From Pseudomonadota bacterium (GTDB lineage Bacteria; Verrucomicrobiota; Verrucomicrobiia; Limisphaerales; SXTU01), in assembly GCA_009924135.1 (NCBI GenBank), contig RFSE01000005.1:3061-67060 (forward strand): a stretch of 64,000 nt of DNA, written 5' to 3'. Position 1 is the stretch's first letter. Each line of letters starts with the position of its first letter. The notes below the pieces were generated by a model, which saw nothing but the letters and a program-made list of their open reading frames with translations, was not told the DNA's origin and made no database searches. A program made the position numbers and the translations under genes. Of this stretch, positions 52,101-61,251 are shown piece after piece.

Positions 52101-53522
52101 TTAGCCGGTTAATTCGCTGATGGGGCTGCCGCCACTCACAATATGCGTGGGGCGTCCGGTGAAGTCCTTGATCGTGGCGTGCTGCCAGTCAAGGCCGAGG
52201 TGATGATAGATCGTTGCCAGGAAATCGGCCGGCTGACAGGGGCGTTCGGTCACTTCCTCGCCCCGTTTGTCCGTGGCTCCGATGACGCCGCCCATGCGGA
52301 ACCGGCCCCCGGCCCAGAGGTTCGAAAAGGCCTGCGGCCAGTGATCGCGCCCGGGTTGCGTGGTGCCGGCAGGACCGCTGCCATCGCCGCCGCCAGTGCT
52401 GCGGTCGAAGCTGATCTTCGGCGTCCGGCCAAACTCGCCGCTGACCACCACCAGCACCCGTTGATCGAGGCCGCGCGCGTAAATGTCCTCGATGAGCGCG
52501 GAGACGGCCTGGTCGTAGTTGCCCATGCGGAAACGCAGCGCGTCGAAAATGTGATGATCCACCGCGTGGTCGTCCCAGACGCCCGTGCGACCGCAGAGCG
52601 GGCCGCTCAACTGGCTGGTGACGATTTCGACGCCGGCTTCCACGAGCCGGCGCGCGAGCAGCAACTGCTGACCCCACCGGTTCCGCCCGTAGCGGTCGCG
52701 GGTGCGGGAGTCTTCCTTGCTGAGGTCAAAAGCGTCGCGCGTCTGCGGATGGGTGAGCAACGTCAGGGCTTGCGCCTCGAACTGGTCCAGCGCGCCAAGC
52801 TCGCCTTCCTTGTCGAAGGCGCGCTCCAGGGTGTCCAGGCTCTGGCGCAGAGTGGCGCGATCGCCCAGCCGCCGCGACTCGGCAGAATTGCCCACCCCAA
52901 TGTTGGGCACCTCGAAGCGCGGCAGGTTGGGATCGTCCTGCACCGCGAACGTTGAGTAGGCATCGCCGAGATAAGCCGGGCCGTTGTATTCGAGCGGCGC
53001 GTTCACGCCGATGTAGTTGGGGAGCGGGTTGGTCCGCTTGCCTTCCCGGGCTCGCAGGTAGTGGGCGACCGACATCCAGTCGGGCAGGCGGGGTTTGGGT
53101 TTGTCGCGCGTGTCGAGGTCGCCGGAAAGCATCTGCATCGAACCGGCCGGATGACCGCCGGCCGTCTGCTTCATGCTGCGGATCAAGGTGAACTTGTCGG
53201 CGAGCCTGGCCTGCAGGGGCAGCAGCTCGGTGAGGCGCGTGCCCGGTACGTTCGTCGCAATGGTCCTGAACGGTCCGCGATACTCGCTGCCAATGTCGGG
53301 CTTGGGGTCGTACGTGTCCAGATGCGAGCAACCGCCCGGCTTCCAGACCATGATGACGGCAGTCTTGGGCCGGTTGGGTTGGGCTGCACCCGCCGCCCGC
53401 AACCGGAACAGTCCCGGCAGACTCAAGGTCGCGAATCCCGTCAGGCCGACCCGCATGAACTCCCGCCGTCCCAATGGCCCGGGGCAACGCACAGGAGCGG
53501 ACGATGCGGTGGGCGATGACAT
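52101..53522 (-). CDS. DUF1501 family protein (tandem paralog)
   Basis: GRREF, GGCSHLDTYDPKP, WDDH, GEFGRTP, GRDHWP. Confidence 0.93.
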   Translation of the reverse strand: MSSPTASSAPVRCPGPLGRREFMRVGLTGFATLSLPGLFRLRAAGAAQPNRPKTAVIMVWKPGGCSHLDTYDPKPDIGSEYRGPFRTIATNVPGTRLTELLPLQARLADKFTLIRSMKQTAGGHPAGSMQMLSGDLDTRDKPKPRLPDWMSVAHYLRAREGKRTNPLPNYIGVNAPLEYNGPAYLGDAYSTFAVQDDPNLPRFEVPNIGVGNSAESRRLGDRATLRQSLDTLERAFDKEGELGALDQFEAQALTLLTHPQTRDAFDLSKEDSRTRDRYGRNRWGQQLLLARRLVEAGVEIVTSQLSGPLCGRTGVWDDHAVDHHIFDALRFRMGNYDQAVSALIEDIYARGLDQRVLVVVSGEFGRTPKISFDRSTGGGDGSGPAGTTQPGRDHWPQAFSNLWAGGRFRMGGVIGATDKRGEEVTERPCQPADFLATIYHHLGLDWQHATIKDFTGRPTHIVSGGSPISELTG

Positions 53523-53551
53523 GGGAGAGCGAGGCACTGGTGCCAGTGCGG

Positions 53552-56080
53552 CTATTTTTTATCCGCCGGCAACACGCGGATGCGGATGGGTTCGGACACG
53601 ACAATGTCGGCGATATCCTTGGGCGCAGCGGCGTCGGTCGCGGCCTTCATGCGTTTGGCGGCTTCGGCTTTGGCTGCCTCGGCGGACTTGAGTTTTTCTT
53701 CGGCCGCCTTGGCGGCCGCCTCGACGGCGGCGCGCTTCTCGGCGGGTGAACCGGCGACTTCAGCGGCGAGTTTTTTCGCCTCGGCGGCCCGGGCGGCGGC
53801 CTCCTGTTCGGCCTTCCTTTGTGCAGCCTCGGCGAGCACGACAGCGGCCGGGTTGTGGCGATATTTCACCACGTAACCGCTCGTCAACGCGACCGTGTGT
53901 TCACCAGGTGCGGGCTTGAGCGTTGCGAAATCGAGCACGAGATCCGCCGTCTCGGCCTTCGCGGCGACCTCCAACGGTTTGAGACCGGTGATCGCCGAGC
54001 CGTAAGGCCGCAGGCGGAGCTGGCCGGAGACTTCGCTGCGCCAGGTGAGCTTGAGTGGGATGGTAAGCTTCTCGCCGGCCTTCACCTCCCAGACCTTGTC
54101 TTCGCGGGCGGCCACGGTGATGGGCGCACCCTCGGCGTCCGTGACGGAAATGGGCACGTCCGCCATGAGGCGCGGCTTGGGAATCTCGCCGGTGGCGTCA
54201 CGCACTGGCCAGGCCATCGAAGCAAGCTGCACAGGACGGGTCACGGTGGCGCCATTGATCTGCGCGCGGCCCATCATTTTCGCGATGCCGATGGAGCGCG
54301 GAGCCTTCTCTGACGCGCTGATGAGCAACATCCCCTGCGACTTGCCCGCCGGAATCTTCAGGCCTGCCGCCGACACGCCCGTGGGCAGGTTCTCCATGCC
54401 CAGTTCGATCTCGCCGTCGAAACCATCGCGCCGGTTGACCACCACTTCCAACGCCAGGGTGCCGCCGGGCCGCAGGGCGAGCGGCTTGGACTGCGCGTTG
54501 CGGTCACCGTTGCGCAGCTCGTAATGCACCACCCACGCGGCCAGAGCGAAGTCGGGCGTCGCTGGACGGATGAGCAGCCGGTAAACGTTCGCGCGATCAC
54601 TGCGCGTGCCGCCGAAGAGGTCACGGAGCTGGAGGCGGTAGAGACCATCCTCTTTGATCTCGAGCTTGCCGAGAATGTCGGCGGAACCGCCGTCGTAGGG
54701 CGGGCCGTCGTAGGAGTAGCCGTTGCTCGAGGGCTTCATCGGGGGCGGAATGTCGTTCAGCTCGGCCACATCGGTGAGTTTCTCTTTGTCGCCTTCCTTC
54801 GTGACGCGCTGCACCAGCACGAAGGGATCGGTCGGCAGTCCGAGCCGCTCGGATGCGACCTCGATCCACCACACCTCGCCTTTCTTCGCGTTGAACTCGT
54901 ACGTGTCCACGTCCGCCGCCGGGAAGAAGCGGCCGGAGATTTCGCAGGGCAACGTGATCTTCTGGGCCTGGGCGTGTTCGTTGTTCGGCTCCACCTCGGC
55001 GATCTGCGGGAGATTGAACTGGTATTCCGGGTTCCACGAAAACGCGTTGACCGAACGCGTCACCGCCTGGCGCGGTACCGGCGCTTCCGTCGCCACGGGC
55101 TGCAAGGCCAGGCGGTAGAACTGGTCCGCTCCGCCCTTGAAGGTCAGCGAATGCACCTTCAGGAAGTACTTCCCGTCCGCCGGGGGCGTGAAGTCCACCA
55201 GCCCGCTCGTACGATTGACGACGAGGTCACGGCCCTCGGCATCGGCGACGATGAGCACGGGCACGAGCTTGGAATCAATGCCCGTCGTCGCGCACTCCGC
55301 AATGAGCCGCTGGCCCTTCTGGCCGGGGAACGAATAGAAATCCACCGCGCGCGCGGTGACGGTTGCGTTGCATACGGAGCCGGGCTTCAGCTCGACGGCC
55401 GTTTCGAGCGTGGTGTTCGGCTTGGTGCGGGTGATCTCTGCGAGCTTGCTGACGGAGAACGCGCGGGCCGAGGAGATGCCCAGCCGCGAGACGAACCGCG
55501 CGTCATGCACGCCCTCGGGCGCATCGGCGGCCACGGTGATGAGGAACTTGTTCGCTTCGCCCGGCTTGGCCTTGGCCGTGATTTTGGGCGTGGAGAAAAG
55601 CAGGTCGGTCAGGCCATCCAGTTCCTCGCCCGTGATGCTGACTTCGACCGTGGTACCGAGCTGCGCGCCCATGGGCATCGTGGTGAGCAGGCGTGGCGTG
55701 GGGAGAATGACGGACTGGGCGAACGCGGTGGCGGTGAGGGCGAGCCAGGCGACGCAAACTAGAAACCCGGTCCGCTGAGCAAGGTGGGCAACGATATGCC
55801 GGTTGCGTGCGAAGGCGAATTCCCTCTCCCCCATCGGGGGAGAGGGCAGGGTGAGGGGGCGGGCGGGCGAACTAAAGGTTTGTCCGAATTCAAGAGGTGT
55901 GCCGGGAGTGCGGATTGCCATCCAGCCCGCTTGAACTGCTGTGCGACGCGCCCCCTCAGCCCGGCCCTCTCCCCCGATGGGGGAGAGGGAGTCGCGCGCC
56001 GCCGACCGAAGCCGTGTGCGAAACAGGCGCCTGAGACCATGATTAGTCTTTAAGGAAATAACAGCAGACTTGGGCGACAT
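53552..56080 (-). CDS. Secreted PPC (pre-peptidase C-terminal) repeat protein of DUF1549 operons; start uncertain
   Basis: Signal-like LALTATAFAQ, PMGAQLGTTVEV, EVEPNN, DVDTY.F, DP motifs; the 5' extension spans a REP doublet. Confidence 0.82.
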   Translation of the reverse strand: MSPKSAVISLKTNHGLRRLFRTRLRSAARDSLSPIGGEGRAEGARRTAVQAGWMAIRTPGTPLEFGQTFSSPARPLTLPSPPMGEREFAFARNRHIVAHLAQRTGFLVCVAWLALTATAFAQSVILPTPRLLTTMPMGAQLGTTVEVSITGEELDGLTDLLFSTPKITAKAKPGEANKFLITVAADAPEGVHDARFVSRLGISSARAFSVSKLAEITRTKPNTTLETAVELKPGSVCNATVTARAVDFYSFPGQKGQRLIAECATTGIDSKLVPVLIVADAEGRDLVVNRTSGLVDFTPPADGKYFLKVHSLTFKGGADQFYRLALQPVATEAPVPRQAVTRSVNAFSWNPEYQFNLPQIAEVEPNNEHAQAQKITLPCEISGRFFPAADVDTYEFNAKKGEVWWIEVASERLGLPTDPFVLVQRVTKEGDKEKLTDVAELNDIPPPMKPSSNGYSYDGPPYDGGSADILGKLEIKEDGLYRLQLRDLFGGTRSDRANVYRLLIRPATPDFALAAWVVHYELRNGDRNAQSKPLALRPGGTLALEVVVNRRDGFDGEIELGMENLPTGVSAAGLKIPAGKSQGMLLISASEKAPRSIGIAKMMGRAQINGATVTRPVQLASMAWPVRDATGEIPKPRLMADVPISVTDAEGAPITVAAREDKVWEVKAGEKLTIPLKLTWRSEVSGQLRLRPYGSAITGLKPLEVAAKAETADLVLDFATLKPAPGEHTVALTSGYVVKYRHNPAAVVLAEAAQRKAEQEAAARAAEAKKLAAEVAGSPAEKRAAVEAAAKAAEEKLKSAEAAKAEAAKRMKAATDAAAPKDIADIVVSEPIRIRVLPADKK
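55821..55990. repeat. Inverted doublet of CCCTCTCCC-type hairpins
   Basis: TCCCTCTCCCCCATCGGGGGAGAGGGCAGGGTGAGGGG ... CCCCCTCAGCCCGGCCCTCTCCCCCGATGGGGGAGAGGGA. Confidence 0.88.
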
Positions 56081-56082
56081 GG

Positions 56083-58071
56083 CTAGTGGTTGTAGAGAAA
56101 TTCCTTCGTGTTGATAAGCGCCCAGAGCAGGTCCTCATAGGCGATGCGGCGGGCCTGGTCAGGCGGCAACGGTTTCCCCTGCGCATCTTCGCGGGGCCGG
56201 GAAAGATACTCCTCGACGACGGCCTGTTCGTGCGACTGCGGCTCGCGGGCAAAGGCGGCCAGATACAGTTCGCGAATCTTCGGCGCGGCCGGTTTGTCGT
56301 CCTTGGCCAGCCGCTCCGCGCGTCCGCCACCGGCCCCCAGTTTGCCCTTCACATCGCTGGCGTTCATCAGGTGCAGGCTCTGCGCCAGGCTCGCGGATGA
56401 AGCGCGTTCGCATTCGCACACGCTGGCCCCCTCGGGTCGGCCGAACACTTTCAGGAAGGCCGAGCCGCGGTTGTAACTGTTGTCCGGCAACGCAATCGCC
56501 CGCGTCCCGGCCGGCAGATCAGCGAAGTCCGTCTTCGCGCCGGTGAACTGGTCAATCGAATCGAGCAACACCTCGGCCTGCATCCGGCGCGGGTAGAAGT
56601 GCGAATAGTTCTGGCGGTCCACGCCGTTGTGCTGGTTCGGCGTCGCGCTGAGCTGGTAGGTGGACGACTGGGTGATGACGCGCACCACGGCCTTGAGGTC
56701 AATTTTCTTGTTCTCCGCCTGCGCCACGCCGCGCTTGTGGAAGATCACGTCCTCGCCCGCCGTGGCCGTGGGCTTGCGCCCGATCTGGCTGAAGAATGCC
56801 GACATGCTGTAATAATCATGCTGGCTCCAGCGCTCGAACGGATGGTGATGGCATTGGGCGCACTGCATCCGCACGCCCAGGAAAAGTTGCGCCACATCCT
56901 CGATCTGCTCGGTCGGCTGCTTCACGCGCTTGTACCAGGCCACCGGGGGATTGCCCTCGATAGTGCCGGTGGCCGCGAGGAGCTGCCGCACCAACTGGTC
57001 ATAGGGCTTGTTGGCCAGCAGGCTGTCGCGCACCCAGGAGTGGAAAGCGAAGTTCGCGGTGATGTCGCTCGCGCCGTCGCGCTTGTTCTTGAGCAGCGCC
57101 GTCCATTTGTTGGCGAAGTAATCCGCGTAGTCCGGGCTCGAGAGCAGGGCATCCACCAGCTTGTCGCGCTTCGCCGGGTCCTTGCTCGCCAGGAACACCT
57201 CCGCTTCGGCCGCCGAGGGCAGGCGGCCCGCGATGTCCAGTGACACGCGGCGAAGGTACGTGGCGTCATCGCACACCGGCGAAGGCGGCACGCCGATGAG
57301 TTTCAAGTTCGCAAAAACCAGTTCATCGACGAAGTTCTTGTTCGGCGGCAGATTCTTAACGGGAGCGCCCAAGGGAATGGAGACATTGCACACCGCCGCC
57401 AGCCCCTGATAACGCACCATCACGGCAACGTTGCCGGGGATGTCGCTGATCTTCACCCGGCCGGTCTCGGAAGCTTCGGCCATTGCGCGGTCGTTTGCCT
57501 CGTAGAGGGCCACTGGCGTGACATCGCGCGTGCGACCGTCGCTGTAGCGGGCGGTGATCTTGAGCTGCTGTTCGCCCTTCACCTTGATCGTCTTGCGCGG
57601 CGGTTGGACGTCGAGCGAGACCAGCTTGGGCGCGGTGTCGCGGTCGAAGATCATGCCCTGCTGGAGCCAGGAACGCAGCAACCGGTACGGCTCGGAACCT
57701 TCTTCGAGCCGTTGCCCACCGCCGTGGGCCACGCGGTTCACGGCCTTCCTCAGCAACAAGCTCTGGTCCGGCGAGGCCGCGAACACCCGGCGTCCGTGCG
57801 ATTCCTTCACCAGATGTTCGTAATCCTCCTGCGGCTCGAACCCGAGCAACGAAAGCTGGAAGCCGTTCTGTCCCTGACCCGCCTTGGCATGGCAGGCTCC
57901 GGAATTGCACCCCGCCTTCGTCAGCACCGGCACCACATCATTGACGAAACTGACCGGACGCAGTCTCTCAGCGGCGAAGACCGGCAGCGCCAGCAGCAGG
58001 CCCGCCAGCCACGCCGGCCGGCCGCGCCGGACAGCGAGGGCGAAAACGGGCCGTAACGGGTTGATATGCAC
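56083..58071 (-). CDS. DUF1549/DUF1553 protein with an Ig-like domain; apparent in-frame deletion in DUF1553
   Basis: SFVNDVVPVLTKAGCNSGACH, CAQCHHHPFERW, CECER, NTKEFLYNH. Confidence 0.88.
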   Translation of the reverse strand: MHINPLRPVFALAVRRGRPAWLAGLLLALPVFAAERLRPVSFVNDVVPVLTKAGCNSGACHAKAGQGQNGFQLSLLGFEPQEDYEHLVKESHGRRVFAASPDQSLLLRKAVNRVAHGGGQRLEEGSEPYRLLRSWLQQGMIFDRDTAPKLVSLDVQPPRKTIKVKGEQQLKITARYSDGRTRDVTPVALYEANDRAMAEASETGRVKISDIPGNVAVMVRYQGLAAVCNVSIPLGAPVKNLPPNKNFVDELVFANLKLIGVPPSPVCDDATYLRRVSLDIAGRLPSAAEAEVFLASKDPAKRDKLVDALLSSPDYADYFANKWTALLKNKRDGASDITANFAFHSWVRDSLLANKPYDQLVRQLLAATGTIEGNPPVAWYKRVKQPTEQIEDVAQLFLGVRMQCAQCHHHPFERWSQHDYYSMSAFFSQIGRKPTATAGEDVIFHKRGVAQAENKKIDLKAVVRVITQSSTYQLSATPNQHNGVDRQNYSHFYPRRMQAEVLLDSIDQFTGAKTDFADLPAGTRAIALPDNSYNRGSAFLKVFGRPEGASVCECERASSASLAQSLHLMNASDVKGKLGAGGGRAERLAKDDKPAAPKIRELYLAAFAREPQSHEQAVVEEYLSRPREDAQGKPLPPDQARRIAYEDLLWALINTKEFLYNH

Positions 58072-58483
58072 ATAGGTCTGATTGCCGGGCGAAAGGAATT
58101 CTTCAATTGGAGTGTGGGTTTGAATGTTTTTCAGGCAGTTACCCTCTCAAACCCGCCGAGCGATACCGTTAATTCCGATTCCAACCCTGTTTGATCACTG
58201 CCACGAAGGCACCCCGTTAGCGGACGCATCTTGGCACAGCCCCCGAGGAGCGAGATTTTCCGGAGCGCGGCTGTGTCGCGGAGACCAGCCGCAGCGGCTG
58301 CCCTGACAGGAATTGTTCCGACGTTGCGCCACGGCTCACCATTCCGACGTTGCTGCGGCTGATCCCGCTCCCAGCGGGACACAGCCGCGCTCCCAGGGCA
58401 GTGGCAAGATGCGCTCCCCGTTAGCCGTGGCGGGCTAAAGCAGTGGCCAGCGCACCGGGCTTTTGGCAGGGTGTGCCGATCAC

Positions 58484-60127
58484 ATGAAACACCTTTTCGC
58501 GCTCCTCGCCTGGTTGTTGTTCCCGCTCGTCGCACATGCTGCCACGCCGTCAGCGAAACCGGTCAAAGTCTTCCTCTTCGCGGGGCAATCGAACATGGTG
58601 GGCTCGGATGCACGGCCGGAGCGGATTGATGAGTTTCCGCTGTTCAAGGGTGTCGGGGCACCCCAGCCCGAGGTCCTCTACACCTATCTCGGGAGCAAGG
58701 CCGACAGCGGGTTCAAGGGCTGGGAACCCTTGCGTCCGCTCCAGTCCTTTGGCGCGGAGCTGACCTTTGCCCGCCGTCTGCGCGCCCAGGACGACGCTCC
58801 GCTGGCGATCATCAAATCGGCAATCGGCGGCACCACGGTCGCGTTCGACTGGAATCCCGATGCCCCGGAGCCGGGCCAGAAGCTTTACCCCCGAACCCTC
58901 GCCCTGGTCCAAGGTGCGCTGCGCGACTTGGAACAACGCGGCATCCGTTATCAGCTCGAGGCGGTCATCTGGCATCAGGGGGAAAACGACATGCTCGACC
59001 GCAAGCTCAACACCAATTACGCCGCCGGCTTCACCAAACTTATCGCGCGGCTGCGGACGGATCTCAAAGCCCCGCAACTCAAATGGTTCATCGGCGAGGT
59101 CAGTGAAAAGGGCATCTGGGGCATGGACAACCGGCATAACCTCGCGATCCTGCGCGAGCAGCAGGACCAGGTGCTGGCGGCGGACCCGCTGCTGCGCTGG
59201 GTGCCGACGTCGCACCTGGCCTTCGAGGTCATGAACCATGGCCAGCCGCACTATCACTTCGGCACGCAAGGCCAGCTCCAGATGGGCGAGGCCTTCGCCG
59301 CCGCGTATCTCAAGGAAATCGGCAAACCGTTGGCCCCGCCGGACCGTTCGTTCAAGGACCGCCTGCCCGTTGCGAAGGGGGCGCGCGTCCGCCTGTTCGT
59401 GCTCGCGGGCCAGCGCAACATGGAGGGCGAAGATGCGTTTGCCTCGCAGATTCCGCAAGCCGACGGGTTTGCCGCGCTCGCGCAAGCCCAGAAGGATGTC
59501 TTCTACCGCTACTCGCTCGGCGGCGGAGTCAAAACTTCCACCGGCTGGGAACCGCTCGGCCCGGTGGATTACCTCGACAACTTTGGACCGGAACTCAGTT
59601 TCGGAGCGCGGTTGCGGAAGTCACTGGAGGCCCGGGACGGGATCGCCATCGTGAAGTTCACCCACAGCGGCGCGCAGTCGCCCGACTGGTCGCCCCGGGG
59701 TTCGCCGGAGGCCCGGCGCAACCTCTATCCCAAGTTCATCGCCTTCGTCCGCGACGCCAAGGCCGATCTGGTCCGGCAGGGTTACGATTGCACGGTGGAA
59801 GGGGTTTTCTGGCACACCGGCGAAAACGACACCTTCTTCGGCCCCTACCAGCGCAACTACGCCGCCGCGATGAAGGAGCTGATCGCCCAGACGCGGCTCG
59901 ATCTCCAGCAGCCCGCCCTGCCGTGGTTCATCTCCGAGCAGCATCCCAAGGCGATCTGGCGCAACATGGAAGCGGTCAACACGGCCTTGAAGACGATGGC
60001 TCAAGCCGAGCCGAAGGTGTTCGTCATCCCGACGGCACAACTACCCCACGAGCGACTGCACTTCGGCACGCGCGGGACGTTGTTGTTGGGAGAGGAACTG
60101 GCGCAGGCGTATTTGAAGTCGCGGTAG
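58484..60127 (+). CDS. Tandem SASA (sialate O-acetylesterase / CE6-like SGNH) domain protein
   Basis: Start MKHLF; AGQSNM, WHQGEND, HF; second copy AGQRNM, FGPEL, WHTGEND, LHF. Confidence 0.88.
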   Translation: MKHLFALLAWLLFPLVAHAATPSAKPVKVFLFAGQSNMVGSDARPERIDEFPLFKGVGAPQPEVLYTYLGSKADSGFKGWEPLRPLQSFGAELTFARRLRAQDDAPLAIIKSAIGGTTVAFDWNPDAPEPGQKLYPRTLALVQGALRDLEQRGIRYQLEAVIWHQGENDMLDRKLNTNYAAGFTKLIARLRTDLKAPQLKWFIGEVSEKGIWGMDNRHNLAILREQQDQVLAADPLLRWVPTSHLAFEVMNHGQPHYHFGTQGQLQMGEAFAAAYLKEIGKPLAPPDRSFKDRLPVAKGARVRLFVLAGQRNMEGEDAFASQIPQADGFAALAQAQKDVFYRYSLGGGVKTSTGWEPLGPVDYLDNFGPELSFGARLRKSLEARDGIAIVKFTHSGAQSPDWSPRGSPEARRNLYPKFIAFVRDAKADLVRQGYDCTVEGVFWHTGENDTFFGPYQRNYAAAMKELIAQTRLDLQQPALPWFISEQHPKAIWRNMEAVNTALKTMAQAEPKVFVIPTAQLPHERLHFGTRGTLLLGEELAQAYLKSR

Positions 60128-60236
60128 TAACTGTCAGGACGCAAAACCGCGAAAACGTAAACATGGTGGAACTGGGATGCCGCGCTACCGGAGCCCGCAG
60201 CCGGAGGGGCTGCGCTCCGGGCTCGGAGAAGAAGAA

Positions 60237-60311
60237 TGGCGACCCTACGGGGATTCGAACCCCGGTTACTGCCGTGAAAGGGCGGTGTCCTAACCGCTGG
60301 ACGATAGGGTC
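60237..60311 (-). tRNA. tRNA-Glu (TTC)
   Basis: GACCCTATCGTCCAGCGGTTAGGACACCGCCCTTTCACGGCAGTAACCGGGGTTCGAATCCCCGTAGGGTCGCCA, with encoded CCA. Confidence 0.97.
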
Positions 60312-60379
60312 GGCCTCGGACGGTGGTAATTAAGCCTGTGGACGCAGGGGCTTGTCACGCCAAAATTCCATTTGATCGC

Positions 60380-60751
60380 TCAAAGTGGATGTTGGGCGAA
60401 GGTGTACTCCGTCACCGGGCGGCCCCCGATGAGGTGTTCCTGCACGATCCGCTCGAGCACTGCCGGGGTGCAGGAGTGGTACCAGATGCCCTCGGGATAC
60501 ACGACGGCGATGGGGCCGCGCGTGCAGATTTGCAGGCAGTTGGCCTTGGTGCGATAGACGAGCGCCTGTGGGCCGACGAGGTTCAATTCCTTGAGGCGGC
60601 GCTTGAGAAATTCCCATGCCTCCAAGCTGGCCTCGCGCGGGCTGCACTTGGGTTTGGTGGGATCGGCGCAGAGGAAGATGTGACGGTGGAAATTGCCCAC
60701 CCCCAGTTCGGCGGCGACCCGTTGCAGCTCGGTTTGCAGAACGTCAGTCAT
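60380..60751 (-). CDS. Thioredoxin-like [2Fe-2S] ferredoxin
   Basis: RHIFLC....[29 protein letters not shown]. Confidence 0.92.
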   Translation of the reverse strand: MTDVLQTELQRVAAELGVGNFHRHIFLCADPTKPKCSPREASLEAWEFLKRRLKELNLVGPQALVYRTKANCLQICTRGPIAVVYPEGIWYHSCTPAVLERIVQEHLIGGRPVTEYTFAQHPL

Positions 60752-61242
60752 GCTGGACGGTCCCGGCCCAATCCAAGGGACTTGGGGGTGATGAGAAATT
60801 TCAGCACGCCCCGGCGTTGGTCGGTGGTTTTGATGCAGGCCACGGCCCCTTTGGCCAGTTCGAGGGACACCGCGTTTTTGAGTTCCAACATTCGCCGCAC
60901 ATGGGCGCTCAGTGATGGCTCGTGGCCTACGAGCAGGACGTGGCCCTCCTTCGGCAACGCTTCGAGCCATTGGGCGAACGCGGCCGGACTGGTATCGTTC
61001 AGCAGGGCTTCGGTCACCTGGGGCTCGATGCGTTCGCCTTGGTTGGTAATGGTGCAGACAGCCTCAATGGTCTGCCGGGCGCGGACCAGCGGGCTGGTGA
61101 AGGCGAGGTCGAACTGCACGCCCGCACGGCGCAGGAAGCGCGCGAGCTTGCGGGCCTGGCGCCGGCCGCCGGGGGAGAGCGGACGCGCGGCATCAACCGG
61201 GCCGTCCAACGCGGCGGCGTGGCGCAGGAAATAAACCTTCAT
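60748..61242 (-). CDS. sixA: Phosphohistidine phosphatase SixA
   Basis: [26 protein letters not shown]. Confidence 0.9.
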   Translation of the reverse strand: MKVYFLRHAAALDGPVDAARPLSPGGRRQARKLARFLRRAGVQFDLAFTSPLVRARQTIEAVCTITNQGERIEPQVTEALLNDTSPAAFAQWLEALPKEGHVLLVGHEPSLSAHVRRMLELKNAVSLELAKGAVACIKTTDQRRGVLKFLITPKSLGLGRDRPA

Positions 61243-61251
61243 CAGCTCAGT

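Noticed and set aside
58072-60311. Genomic island integrated at tRNA-Glu
   Set aside because: No integrase and no duplicated tRNA 3' end was noticed in the window.
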